DNA from: Octopus sinensis
Lineage: Eukaryota
NCBI RefSeq assembly: GCF_006345805.1
Contig: NC_043002.1
Coordinates: 117,552,001-117,616,000, forward strand
Direction: 5' to 3'
Length of the DNA stretch: 64,000 nt
Part shown: positions 24,420 to 36,784 of the stretch, one piece after another
How positions within the stretch are numbered: position 1 is the first letter of the stretch
Layout of the letters: every line of letters begins with the position of its first letter
Program-made: the position numbers and the translations under genes
The notes under the pieces: generated by a model
Seen by the model: the letters and a program-made list of their open reading frames with translations, nothing else
What the model was told of the DNA's origin: nothing
Databases searched by the model: none

Positions 24420-26200
24420 TTACTAGGACAACAAAACACACACTTTCAGAAGTGTTTGTCGTTTCTCTTTCGGATATCACCCTCTCTTCCTCGATCTCTC
24501 TCTTTCCTCCCTTCCCTCTATTTCTCTCTATGATAACGTTTGACAGCTTCGCCGTCTCTCTATCACTCTTTCTCCCACCACCTCTCTGACTGTACGTCTG
24601 TCTTATCTACAGAGAGAAAGCGTTGACAGCCGCAAAAGTTTAAATATTCCCGCTTTGGCGAACCGCTATGTTATTTTATCGATCACGTTCGGCGATCCGC
24701 TAAGTTATTTTATCGATCACGTTTGGCGAACCGCTAAGTTATTTTATTGATCTCCTTTGGCGAACCGCTATGTTATTTTATCGATCACGTTTGGCGAACC
24801 GCTAATTTATTTTATCGATATCCTTTGGCGAACCGCTAAGTTATTTTATCGATCTTCTTTCGCGAACCGCTGTATTATTTTATCTATCATTTTTGGTGAA
24901 ACGCTAAGTTATTTTATCGATCTCCTTTGGCAAACCGTTAAGTTATTTTATCGATCTCCTTTGGCGAACCGCTAAGTCATTTTATCGATCTTCGGTGACG
25001 AATCGATAGCTTATTTTATTGATTATGTTTGCCGAACAGCTACGCTATTCATCGATCGCGTTTGATGAACCGTTATGTTATTTTATCGATCTCGATTGGC
25101 GAACCACTAATTCATATCAACGACCTTCTTTGGCGAACCGCTAGGTTATTTTATCGATCACTTTTGGTGAACCGCTAGAGTATTTTATCGATTACGTTCG
25201 TCGAACCGCTATATTATTTTATCGATCAGGTTTGGCGAACCGCTAAGTTATTTTATCGATCAAATTTGGCGAACCGTTGAGTTATTTTATCGATTACGTT
25301 CGGCGAACCGCTATATTATTTTATCGAGCACGTTTGGCGAACCGCTATGTTATTTTATCGATCTCATTTGGCGAACTACTAGTTATTTTATCGAACTTCT
25401 TGACGAACCTCTAGATTTGGCGAGCCTCTAAGTTATTATATCCATCTCCTTTGGTGAGGCGCTAAGTTATTTCATCGATCTCCTTTGGTGAACCGCCAAG
25501 TTACTTTATCGATCACCTTTGGCGAACCGCTATATTATTTTATCGAAGGCCTTTGGCGAGAAGCTAAGTTATTTTATCGATCACGTTTCGCGAGCCGCTA
25601 AGTTATTTCATCGATCTCGTTTGATGAACCGCTATATTATTTTATCGATCACGTTTGGCGAACCGCTATGTTATTTTATCGATCTTCTTTGCTGAACCGC
25701 TAAATTATTCCATCGAACACGATTGGCGAACCGCTGTGTTATTTTATCGAACACGTTTTGCGAACCGCTAAGTTATTTTATCAATCTTATTTACCGAACC
25801 GCTTAGTTATTTTATCAATCTTATTTACCGAACCGCTAAGTTATTTTATCGAAAGTTATTTTAAATTGGACACCTTGTGCCCGATTTCAATCTAATTTTC
25901 AACATGGTAAAGTAGAAGCGGATTAGTAATTTAAGCGCGGAAACCTAAGTTTTTTATAAATGGTGGAGAGATATATAGAGAAAGATAGAGAGTAAGAGAA
26001 AGCGAGGGAGAGTTCGAGAGAAAGGAAGAGTAAGAGAGTGGGAAAGTGAAAGAGAAAGGAGAGATAAATAAAGAGGGAGAATGTGGCGATAAGAAACAGA
26101 TAAGTGTGGCAATAAAGAAACAGATAAGAAACAGAAAGGAAGCAACAGAAAGTAACAACCACACCCTTACCCGCGCGTAGAGTGGGTCACCTTAAGCTAG
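24420..26200 (+). mobile_element. Probable non-autonomous Helitron carrying a minisatellite
   Basis: 3' end has an imperfect hairpin ACCCGCGC-gta-GAGTGGGT, then CTAG|T at 26197-26201; CT-rich and GA-rich tracts flank the array. The 5' end is not defined. Confidence 0.55.
24654..25853. repeat. 34-bp minisatellite (GTTTGGCGAACCGCTAAGTTATTTTATCGATCAC), about 35 copies
   Basis: Period 34 checked at 24660/24694/24728; the units abut with no spacers. Confidence 0.95.
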
Positions 26201-26249
26201 TCTTCAATTATAATTCTATTCACGTCTAAGATATATTCTTATCTACTCT

Positions 26250-26453
26250 AGGTACAAGGCCCGAAATTTTTGAGGAGATGGGGGCAGTCGATTAGATTGA
26301 CCCCAGTACGCAATTGATACTTAATTTATCGACCCCGAAAGGATGAAAGGCAAAGTCGACCTCGGTGGAATTGAACTCAGAACGCAAAGACAGACGAAAT
26401 AGCACTAAGCATTTCACCCGGTGCGCTAACGTTTCTGCCAGCTCGCCGCCTTA
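26250..26453 (-). mobile_element. SINE family S3
   Basis: Contains GGCAAAGTCGACCTCGGTGGAATTGAACTCAGAAC…CTGCCAGCTCGCCGCC, shared with the other copies. Confidence 0.8.
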
Positions 26454-26789
26454 CATCTACGATATATCATAGCAGTGTTGCTCACACGGGAGGGGAGCAT
26501 TATCATGTCTGCTTTGAAAATTGTCATGTTTAAAAAAAATTTAAGATTGCTTGAAACATTTAAAACTTATTTATCCACCGACAATGAGGAGACAGACGAT
26601 GTAATCAAATGTTCCTTAAGAATGTAAACATAATCAGACGACTTTTGCGTTAAACTGGTTAACTCATGGATACAGCTTTCTGACATCATTTTATTTATCT
26701 GCTGCTGCTGCTGCTGCTGCTGCTGCTTATTGGTATCTTTTACTTTTATTTCAGGTACCATCATCATATATATATATATCACCATCATC

Positions 26790-26824
<35 letters not shown>

Positions 26825-26830
26825 ATATAT

Positions 26831-27308
26831 ACCAATTAAGGACTGAACACGAAAAGTGGACAGTCAACATGCTAGATATAGACGTCAAATCGCCATTCTC
26901 CACAAAAGATTATGTTCTCAAATCAAACTCAGCACAAACCCAAGCAATAAACAAGACTGGTTTTTACGGGTCTCAACGCGCCAAAGTAAAGGCATTTGAA
27001 AGATACATTCGAATGTAATAGGTTGAACTCCACGCACGCGATACTCCGGTATCGTTTTTGCGTCTAGTCCAGTAAATTGCATTTATATCGGGCCATGCTG
27101 ATGAGGGCTACAGGTATCCTTGCGGATAATAATAGCCGAAACTGATCAGTACATGGATAAGTATTTTATTTCGTATATTTTCACTTGTTTATTGCTTGAG
27201 TTTGTGCTGAGTTTGATTTGAGAACATAATCTTTTGTGGAGAATGGCGATTTGACGTCTATATCTAGCATGTTGACTGTCCACTTTTCGTGTTCAGTCCT
27301 TAATTGGT
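26831..27308 (+). mobile_element. Inverted-repeat-bracketed mini-element (125-bp arms) carrying a hammerhead, pLTR-like, in (TA)n
   Basis: Arms 26831-26955 and 27184-27308 are near-perfect reverse complements; the 228-bp core contains the ribozyme. Confidence 0.85.
27093..27156 (+). ncRNA. Type I hammerhead ribozyme, apparently intact
   Basis: Stem I CCATG/CATGG; CTGATGA plus one extra G; stem II GGCTA/TAGCC with inner TATCC-ttgc-GGATA; GAAAC-TGATCA-GTA, giving a palindromic stem III ACTGATCAGT. Confidence 0.9.
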
Positions 27309-27644
27309 ATATGTAAATATTTTAATCTTCGGATTTTTTTAATATGCTAGACCACTGGTTTTAATTGATAAATATTGATTTCTACCCTTAATTAATTTTA
27401 TATATATATATATACATCTAATATACGATAAAATTTTTCGAAAAAACTTCTATCAATGGCCTGCATATTAAAGAATACCTTTAGAGGCTAAATTTATAAA
27501 CAACTTATAAACAAGGGCAAAAGAAAAAAATTTTCTAATGCCAAATATGCCGAAAATAGACAAATCGTCAATAACCATATAATTTATCACTATAAACACG
27601 CGTCCCGAAGTAAGCCGACAGAAATTTCTAAAAAATTCCGTTAT

Positions 27645-27703
27645 TATCGTATCGGTCTTAATTTCAGAATTAATTCATAAGAATTTTCTCCTCGTCAGCG
27701 ATA
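27645..27703 (-). ncRNA. Type I hammerhead motif, slightly degenerate
   Basis: Minus strand: stem I TATCG/CGATA; CTGACGA; stem II AGAA…AATTC-ttat-GAATT…TTCT with GG unpaired at its base; GAAAT…ATA. Lies in a (TA)n-flanked island at about 27416-27972. Confidence 0.65.
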
Positions 27704-27969
27704 AACACAGTAAGCAACAAATGAAATACTTACTTATACTTCTTCCATGGGTATAAGTAAGTATTTCATTTATTTCTTATTATGCTCTAAACTAAATTGT
27801 CTGGAGCTCAACCACGGATTTACAATATAGAATTATGATGAACCATAACCTTAGACACTGTCATAAAAATACTTGGGGTCCTTTACTAATTTAAACAATA
27901 CTGTTAGCCTCGTGTGTCAACAGAGAGCTTATGAATTATTTTGCCCGGATTGATCATCCCTCGCTATTA

Positions 27970-28015
<46 letters not shown>

Positions 28016-28280
28016 TATATATATAGTAAAGTCTTTTTGCCAACATAATGTGGCAGTCCTGGGTGGGACGAATATACTGTTTATTTAACCCCAGGAAACG
28101 TCGTTTCCAGCTGGCTATCGACACATATCTGTGCCATTATATTTTCGAACAGGGGAGCTCAGCACCCCCATCCAGCACAAAGCAACATCTGTGGACCGTT
28201 TCTGGGTTATTGTTCTTTCTCAGCACTGATAGCCGCTTGGCTAGACGGCGCTGCTGAATTGTACACACACATACACACAC

Positions 28281-28320
<40 letters not shown>

Positions 28321-28630
28321 TGTATGTAAGTAGTATACATCGGAGATGTACTTGCATTTTATGTGTTTCGATCTGATACCGTGTGTTGAAACCAAAACGA
28401 TTGCAGCGTGAAAGACCGAAGTTAGTCATTGAGAAACACAAAGTCTGCTAATTTCACTTTACAGCTTGTAACATCATGTCAAAATTTTCATTGCTTGAAA
28501 CTGCATCCTGGTCACTGAGAAACGTGTACTGCATCTAAAAATCTTCGATTATATTGTTAATGTTTCCTTAACTGTCGTTTTTGCTTTTGTTGGAATAAAT
28601 CGGTCGTTCTAGTTGGGTGTTCATTATTAG

Positions 28631-28706
<76 letters not shown>

Positions 28707-29094
28707 GTATATATATATATATAGTATGTATGTATGTATGTGTATGTAGGTATGTATGTATGTATGTATGTATGTATGTATGTATGTATAGAGGCGCATG
28801 CATGTCTGTGAAATAAAAAAGCTTGCTTCCCACTCACATGGTTCCGGGTTCACTAGTCATTATAGGTACGTTACTGATAGGTTTACTCGGGCAAATGTCT
28901 TCTACTATAGCATCGGCCGACCAAAGCCTTGTGAGTGGATTTGATAGACATAAAATGAAAGAATCCGTCATATATATATATATATATATTTAATAACTGA
29001 CATAATTCCCATCACTATTACACAGGGATAGGAACAAATAGATATGAAACTCATAGGTCTAATTTCTCTGCTCTTTCTTAAGTTCTTATTTTTC

Positions 29095-29168
29095 TGCACT
29101 GATGAGTACTTTGATATTTGCAAATTCTGAAAAGGAATTTATATCTATGTATGAAATAATCGTATGCA
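29095..29168 (+). ncRNA. Hammerhead motif, duplicate of 21195-21268
   Basis: Same sequence at offset 7900. Confidence 0.68.
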
Positions 29169-29269
29169 TGAATAAACTTCTTACAACTTTTTAGCATCTT
29201 ACCTCCCTCGTTTTTGATAAATATGATTAAATTTATAGAACTTTATTCTATTAATTAATCATACACTTA

Positions 29270-29303
<34 letters not shown>

Positions 29304-29336
29304 ATATATAATATATATATTATATATATATTATAT

Positions 29337-29587
29337 ATATTGATAGAAATGGTAAGACAACAAAAGAATGAAAGAGACCTCGATATTATGTAAATAGAGG
29401 AATTTATCTGTAAATATAATATGTGACAATTATTCGGTAGCCATGATAAAACTCCGCTCCGACATCCGAAACTCGGAGTTTTATCATGGCTACCGAATAT
29501 TTGTCACATATTATATTTACAGATAAATTCCTCTATTTACATAATATCGAGGTCTCTTTCATTCTTTTGTTGTCTTACCATTTCTAT

Positions 29588-29593
<6 letters not shown>
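29337..29593. mobile_element. Fold-back element, duplicate of 21421-21675
   Basis: Same arms; centre reads CCGAAACTCGGAGTT. Confidence 0.85.
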
Positions 29594-29621
<28 letters not shown>

Positions 29622-30999
29622 TTTAAATTCGTTTATGGTGTGTGTGTTTGTGTTCCTCCCCACGCCGTCGCTTGACAACTGATGCTGGTGTGTTTATGCG
29701 CCGTAACTTGGCGATTCGGCAAAAAAGACCGATAGAATAAGTACTAAAACCCTTTAAGGCGGTACTCCAGCATGACCACAGTCAAATGGCTGAAACAAAA
29801 AGAAAAAAGAATATTTATTTAGCTGTCTTTCGTATATTCCTTCTTCTCTGGTTGATATTCTCTTCTTTTGGAATCTTTTTTTGGCGAATACAATGTGAGT
29901 CGGGTGACAAGGTTTCTAGGAGTAGTCTTCTGGACAGGGCAAGTTTGGGTGGTAGTATTAGTACTAATAATAGTAGCAGTAGTTGTTGATTCGATGCCAT
30001 TCAAACTGATTGTCCAAAGCATTTTCCTAAGTTTGTCTTGAATGCTCGTGCTTGTTTTCAGACTTGCAGCTAGCCCTTGTTTCGTACGTTCCGACTAATA
30101 TAAAGCTTCCCTTCCATAAGTCCCAAGTAGTTCTAGTGGTTGAAAAAAAAACTGGAATGTATGTCATATAAAGTGCATGGACGTCGTGAAAGTATTTCCT
30201 TTGTATCATACGTGATACAAAAGACAAGCAAAGTTTAAGCAATTCTCGGTGCCAGGCTTCAGTAAAATGCATTTCTTCCAGCTCACTTTCAACTGTTCCA
30301 CGCTCGTCGAGTGGTTTTTGACCGCCCAAGAGTTTTTTTTTTTTTTTACTTTGCAGTTGATGTTCATTTAATGCTATCTTTATTACTCTGTGCCAGTCAA
30401 ACTATCTGATCCAACAGCTTTATCTTTCAAGGACCACATTACTGCAATCTATTTTGCTACTCAGCTCCTCATGTGCCTCTTTGCTGAGCCAGAAGCGACA
30501 GATTTGACGCAGGCACATATTTGTGGAAAGCATTGGTCTTATTCATATTTTCTTTGAGCACATGTCAGCAAACACTGTTTTTATACCGTCCAGTCTTAAT
30601 CTTAAAGCCGTGTTGCATTCCAGATCGCCCGAAAGCCTTCCGAATGTCTCAAGAGTTTTGGTAAGCCTTGCTTCGACATTCTTTTCCGCTTCGTTGATTT
30701 TTCTGATAAGGTTCCGAATTAGTATTAGCCAATTTATGTTAGTACTAACGTACGCAATGCATAACCGGGCAGAAAGACCTACTGAGCTGTTTGTTACAAG
30801 CATATTAGTAAAATATTACGGACCCTGTAAAATGTTTATAACATATTGTACGCGAATAAATTGGAGTATTTAATACAGCGTGTTATGTATGTATGTATGT
30901 ATGTATGTATGTATGTATGTATGCATGCATATATATACATACATATATATATATATGTATGTATATATATACACACACATATATATGATATATATATAT

Positions 31000-31034
<35 letters not shown>

Positions 31035-31167
31035 TTATTTATTTTATAGAAGGAGCTTCTACAGGACTAGAACTGTTTCATTCAGAAGAAATCATCAGGA
31101 AGCCTGATGATTTCTTCTGAATGAAACAGTTCTAGTCCTGTAGAAGCTCCTTCTATAAAATAAATAA
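31035..31167. mobile_element. Perfect palindrome (65-bp arms, 3-nt spacer) with a hammerhead core on each strand
   Basis: Arms 31035-31099 and 31103-31167; CTGATGA-tttcttctgaat-GAAAC-agttcta-GTC at 31104-31137. The 5' strand of stem I is absent because the inversion starts at the core. Confidence 0.85.
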
Positions 31168-31249
31168 TTTACTCTGCTATGTATTGAGTACCTTATTTAC
31201 TGTGGTTAACCCCGACTCAACCCGGGACCTACATATATATATATTATAT

Positions 31250-31315
<66 letters not shown>

Positions 31316-31381
31316 TATACATACATATAAACATACACATACACTCACCGACATGCACGTACATAACCCGGACATAACCTG

Positions 31382-31570
31382 GTACTCCCTTATTCCAGCT
31401 GTTACACGTGTCTCAGTGTTCGGCAACACATGACGTCACACTCCAATGTGTTTTTTCTGATTGAGTGACGATGTTTTTGCTCCATGCTGGCCCTATAAGT
31501 TGCGTCTGTAGTGTGACGTCATGTGCTGCCGAATGCTGAAACATATGTAACAATTGGAATAAAGGAGTAC
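31382..31570. mobile_element. MITE with ~60-bp imperfect TIRs, each containing TGACGTCA
   Basis: GTACTCCCTTATTCC…TGACGTCACACT and AGTGTGACGTCA…GGAATAAAGGAGTAC. Confidence 0.7.
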
Positions 31571-31640
31571 TAAGTTATGCCCACGTATACATACAAACAT
31601 ACATAAAGTCTATATTTTAATTTTCTTTTTTTCTCTATAG

Positions 31641-32141
31641 ACCTTCAAGCCAGTTCCCTTCGAAATACTCCCAGTTACCTGATATCAATGGACCGTCAAG
31701 CAGCAACCCAACCAATCAGTTGATACCTTATGCTGGCAACGCTGGTGCTTCACCGTTTCAATCCACATCTAACGAGATGGAAACACACGGCTCAAATGAA
31801 CGTTTTCGTAGTATGGAAGCCCGGCTTAATATTTCTGAGAAATCTTGCCGGGCTCTCCTCGAGGAAATGGTCCGTCTTCAGAATGACTTGAAATCTTCAG
31901 TTCGGAGGAGTGAAGAAGTGATTCACGAACAGGCATTATCCCGGCAGCAGATAGATGCCCTTGTGAGAAAAAACATAGACAGCTTAATGCATCTGAGTTC
32001 AAGAATTCAAAGACTGGAGCAAAAAATTCAACAAGATGAAATTGCTCTCAACATGCTGAAAAATCAAGCCCAAAATTTAGAGCAAATTGCCAAAGGAAGT
32101 CAGCAGGATTTATTTGGTAAAAAAGATATGCATATGACAAA
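31641..32141 (+). CDS. Coiled-coil protein exon (first identifiable); tentatively CCDC154-like
   Basis: Acceptor ttttctctatag at 31640 and donor AA|gtaaga; 501 nt open in one frame (…ERFRSMEARLNISEKSCRALLEEMVRLQNDLK…), phase 2 to phase 2. The family guess is from memory only. Confidence 0.85.
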
Positions 32142-33731
32142 GTAAGAAATATTCACATATCTAAGTGTTGTGGGTATGTATGGCAGCGTATTTGTGTGTG
32201 TGGTAGTGTGTTTGGAAGCGTGTTTCAGTGCGTGTTAGAATATTTACGAAAATATGAACACATTCCTAATACAACACTAGCCATACGGAAGCAACTATTA
32301 TTTCCAAGTTACTTCTGTCAGTGTCTATAACTCCAGATGTTTCAATGGGTTGTTTTATCCTATCAACATTTTAGTGTATTTCAAACATATTTAGATACAC
32401 TAACGGATTTGGGAAAATTTATGATAATAATGTGGACCATTTACAATTGCATTTTTATCAATTATTTGAACGGAGGATAGTCGTAATATCCATTTTTCAG
32501 ATAGCACAAGAATGTGAACAAGTAAACTAACGTATTTGGACTTTGATTAACTCTAGGCTTAGTGGAAAAGACTAAGGTTTATTGCAATGAGTCCAAGGTT
32601 GAATTCAGTTAAAAAATATTAACACCAATGAGAAAAGGTGTGTTGAGGTTTGGGTTAAGACGTAATAGTCCATAGTAGTTCAGAAATTCTGAGACCGTTG
32701 TGGTAAGGTAGCAACATGTTAGATAATAAAATAATTTATTGTGAGTGTCTGTCACAGGGATATTACCTCTAGCTTAGGTAATGGGGGTGGTTTAAAAGCT
32801 TATGAATCAGAGTTGTGCGGGTCAATCCAATTGCTGAAGAGGTGACGTCATAAAATGTATTCTAGATTCTTTGATTTAGAGCAAGTATTGATTGTAGGTT
32901 CCTGGTCTTCAAAAATGTTATTAAGTAATTTATAGTTTGAACGTAGCTTAGTTTCTATGCTAATCATTTATTTTAGATCATATCTTATTATTTTCTCTTG
33001 GGAAAATGGGTCGGATGACGATGGAAAATAATGCGCTAAACTTTTAGCAACAGAGTCCATCTAACTTTAAATAGGCACCGTTGATAGTTACACTTCAAAA
33101 CTATGATGCTATGTTAGAATGTAGTTCAGAATTTTGATCTCTCTGAAGCTTGTTTGTATGTTTAAGAAGTTCGCTTTGCAACTTCATAGTTCCGGTTATG
33201 GTTCTGGCTACGATCTCGTAGCCTAGGGTTCTCATGCCGAGTGTGTGAAACTTGGCCGACATAAATTTTGAGAAAGTCAAATGAAGGGACAGTTTCTGTT
33301 ATTAGGTAGCGGACTTAATCTGTCATCTCGATGTAACCCACCGCCTTGTCTTTATATGCCTTTAGTAGAGTTCACCCTTCTGAATATTGAAGTGGGGTTT
33401 CCGATCCAAGGATAACTTTCTTCTATTCCATCTTCACCTGTTCTGAAAGCCCAAAAAGACATGTACGCTACCTTTCTTCCTCTGGCTTAGCCATAAAATA
33501 AAATAAAATAAAAAATGAATGACAAACAAATTAACTCCATAACAATCAACCATCTTTCCAAGTGGAAGAGTCTTAATCACTTTGTACCTTCAACACACAG
33601 ATAAGTCCTAGGCCTTTTGAATCCAAATTTGCATAGATAAAAGGTTCATTAAATGTAATATATGTGTGTGCGTGTGTATGTGTACATTTACATATATACA
33701 TATACACATACATGCATATATATATATATAT

Positions 33732-33790
<59 letters not shown>

Positions 33791-33813
33791 GCATGTATGT
33801 GTATATGTATATT

Positions 33814-33860
<47 letters not shown>

Positions 33861-33931
33861 ATATATATATATATACATACATACACGCACATATGTATGT
33901 ATGTATGTACGTACGTATGTATGCATGTATA

Positions 33932-33978
<47 letters not shown>

Positions 33979-34749
33979 GGTGTACAAGTAACGTTGTCAA
34001 ATAAATCGTTAGATGTAATTACAAAATGTATGTATTCAGGTCTACACGTAAATCACTCAATAACTGGTTAATGGTGGCTCTGACAATACTATCTTATTAT
34101 TATGACACGCAAAGGAACATGTTTGGGCTCTTTTAAGAACAGAAAGCCAAAGACTACTTTTGGTTCATCATTGATCAATTTCTTCTAATTAAACACAGAA
34201 ATGAAAAGTGATTCAGTGCTGAATTAGAATAGTTAACCCATTTAGATACTTTCTATTTTTTCTATTTTTTTTTTCTACTATGCCAACATTTTTGATTTTC
34301 AGAAAATAGGGAATATTAATTTGAAAATATAGGTACAACAAAGAGGCAGACATTAGAAAAAAAAAACATATTATTATATAACTTGGTATTTATTAATCAT
34401 AAAAGAATTCCAAGTTTATTGTAAGGGAATTCGTAAGCCTCAAATATCATCTCTTTTAGTGTCAAGCTTACAGTAACAGTGATCCACTTTCCAAAATTTT
34501 GCATCAAATCAAAAGTCAGATAGGATTGTATTACAATAATAGTGTATCCATGTCATCAAAAACGATAATACTTTATTAATTATTATTTCTAGAACAGGCA
34601 CGAGTTCAGCAGTTTGTAGACAGTCATTTAAATCGATTCTGGTATATGGCTTGTACTCATATCTTTTATCGACCCCCGAGAAGATGAAGGAAAAAGTTGA
34701 CCTCGGTGAAATATGAACTCAGAAAGGATAGAGTCAAAGCAGATATTGG

Positions 34750-34963
34750 TTTCAAATTTTCGTACAAGGCCAGCAATTTTGCAGGAGGGGCTAAGTCGAT
34801 TATATCGACCCCCAATACTCAACTGGCACTTACTTTATTGACCCCGAAAGAATGAAAGGCAAAGTCGACCTTGGTAGAATTTGAACTCAGAATGTAAGGA
34901 CGGACAAAATGCCACTACTCATTTTGCCTGGCTTGTTAACGATTCTGCCAGCTCGCCGCTTTA
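34750..34963 (-). mobile_element. SINE family S3, with a partial copy at about 34625-34725
   Basis: Shared S3 core GGCAAAGTCGACC…GAACTCAGAA. Confidence 0.75.
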
Positions 34964-35859
34964 GTCAGAACAAATATTGCAAGGAATTTTGTCTATTGTT
35001 TCAGTCATTCTGTCAATCTACCGTTCTGCAACAGTTTAATTATGAAAATTATAAAGGACTAGGCATCCGTTCAAAATGATGGATGAAACCAGGGATGAAT
35101 TTCGTAGCAAATAACGACTATGCTTTATATTTAATTGTAAAATATTTCATTTTGGTCTTAACCAAAAGGTTATGTCCGATAATTCGAAAATATGGAAGTG
35201 CATATCACCTGCCAAAAGTTATGAGTCAGGATGGTACACATGAATATTGACTGTTCAGTCGTCAAAAATCTTATAATAATTCTGCTTGTTCATACGTTAC
35301 TTAGCCCGTCCGTAACGTTTTCACGCGATTAGTTGCAGAGAAAGGCGAAGAGCGAGAGAAAAAGAGGGAGAAAGAAAAGAGAGAGGGAGAAAAAAGGAGA
35401 GAGAGAAAGCAGGAGAGAGAAGTGTTCATGACGTGAGGTAGAGGGAACGTAATTGTAATGCTATCACGTGATTAGTTAAAGGGAAAGAGAAAACAAGAGG
35501 AAGAAAAGAAAAAGGAGAGAGAAAAAGAAGATAAGGCGAAAAGTGAGACAGTAAGGGAGAAAGAAAAAGAGGGAGAGAGAAAAAGATGGAAGAGAAAAAG
35601 AGGGAGAGATAAGCGTCTATGACGTGAGGTAGGGGGAACGTAATATCACTGCATGATTAAAAAGTTAGTTGAGGGTAGTTATATAGAGAAGAGTTGGAAA
35701 TATAATTTTAGAGGTTAAAGAAAGGCACGGAGAGAAGGAGAGAGAAAGAAAGAGAGAGAGAGAGAAAGAGAGAGGGAAAGGGAGAGAGAGAAGAGGGAAA
35801 GAGTGGAAAATGAGAGAGAGAGAGAGATGGTGGTGGCGGCGGTAAATGGGGAAATTTTA

Positions 35860-35896
<37 letters not shown>

Positions 35897-36199
35897 AAAA
35901 AATACTTCTAAAACGATTTTTATTTCATTTAATGTTTCATTAAAAAGAGGTTGCCAAGGTTGTCGGCAAAATATAGGCAATGGTTCTGCATTTTTTTAGA
36001 GAATTTTATCATGGATTATGCAACAGAATAAATTTGGAAACATTGCATACTTTATACATTAATACTATGCCAGCCAAACCCATTTTGCACCATATTTTAT
36101 TTTGTACCAGTGGTCTAATTTTGTTACGAAGTATGCATTTTTTCTGGTGGGAAGGTTCAATTTTTTGAAACTATATATATATATGTTTCTAGTTTACTA

Positions 36200-36345
36200 T
36201 ACGAGGCGGTGTTGACTTTGGGTAAAAGAAAATACAGAGAATCAGTTAATTAGGATTTTATTCAGTATATGACCCTCTCAGATTCACACACTTATTGCAG
36301 CGGTCCTTCAGTTTTCCTAAGCCCTGTAAAAACTCAGAAGGTTGG
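36200..36345 (-). mobile_element. Tc1/mariner 3' relic
   Basis: TA|TACGAGG terminus; the minus strand reads FLQGLGKLKDRCNKCVNLRGSYTE*, which resembles the mariner transposase C-terminus. Confidence 0.7.
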
Positions 36346-36478
36346 GTTTTCAACCAGGCCTTTCGCGACATCCATTGGAACGTCTTTAGCACCCTTTCGT
36401 ATAAACTACCACATTGATTTGCGGCATAAATTTCACCGGTGGTTCTCGCGGTACTTAACGAGTATTATATTCATTCTG

Positions 36479-36616
36479 GGCGAAGGTAAAGAATACGTAC
36501 ACCTGGTGATTAGGATTAGAGTTGGGGTTTCACGGTTAGGGTTTAGGATTAGGGTTTGGGTTTAGGGTTTTTTGTTACGCCGAAAACCGGTGGTGTACGT
36601 ATTCTTTACCTCCGCC
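36479..36616. mobile_element. MITE with GGCGGAGGTAAAGAATACG TIRs and degenerate (TTAGGG)n interior
   Basis: TIRs at both ends; interior GGTTAGGGTTTAGGATTAGGGTTTGGGTTTAGGG; lies inside an outer inverted repeat (about 36432-36453 and 36625-36646). Confidence 0.7.
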
Positions 36617-36784
36617 TCATTCTGTACCGCGGGAGTCACTGGTGATATACACAGTTGGCAAAGTGTTAAATAAAACAGTCCCGATCCTGTTTGGTTTTAT
36701 CATCAAATCACTCATTTTCTTTTATCTGTTCATTGATCTATTAATTTATCATATTTAACTTTTGTTTGAAACATGTCTGGCTAG

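Larger units (their letters stand above)
28786..30888 (+). repeat. 2.1-kb duplicated segment, copy 2, (TATG)n on both sides
   Basis: Matches 20838-22992, including the nested SINE, hammerhead and fold-back. Confidence 0.93.

Noticed and set aside
24654-25853. CRISPR-like array (34-bp repeats)
   Set aside because: The units abut with no unique spacers, no cas genes are present, and the context is eukaryotic.
28030-28620. First exon or promoter of the coiled-coil gene
   Set aside because: The region is CpG-richer and has a possible donor at GAA|gttagt, but no ATG-initiated phase-2 exon fits, so it is unsupported.
35295-35700. Purine-rich element with a twice-repeated ATGACGTGAGGTAG motif as a Helitron
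   Set aside because: The terminus only loosely resembles a CTAG plus hairpin end, so it is unclassified.
36520-36570. True telomere or chromosome fusion site
   Set aside because: Only a few degenerate repeats, enclosed by TIRs of a small repeat family.
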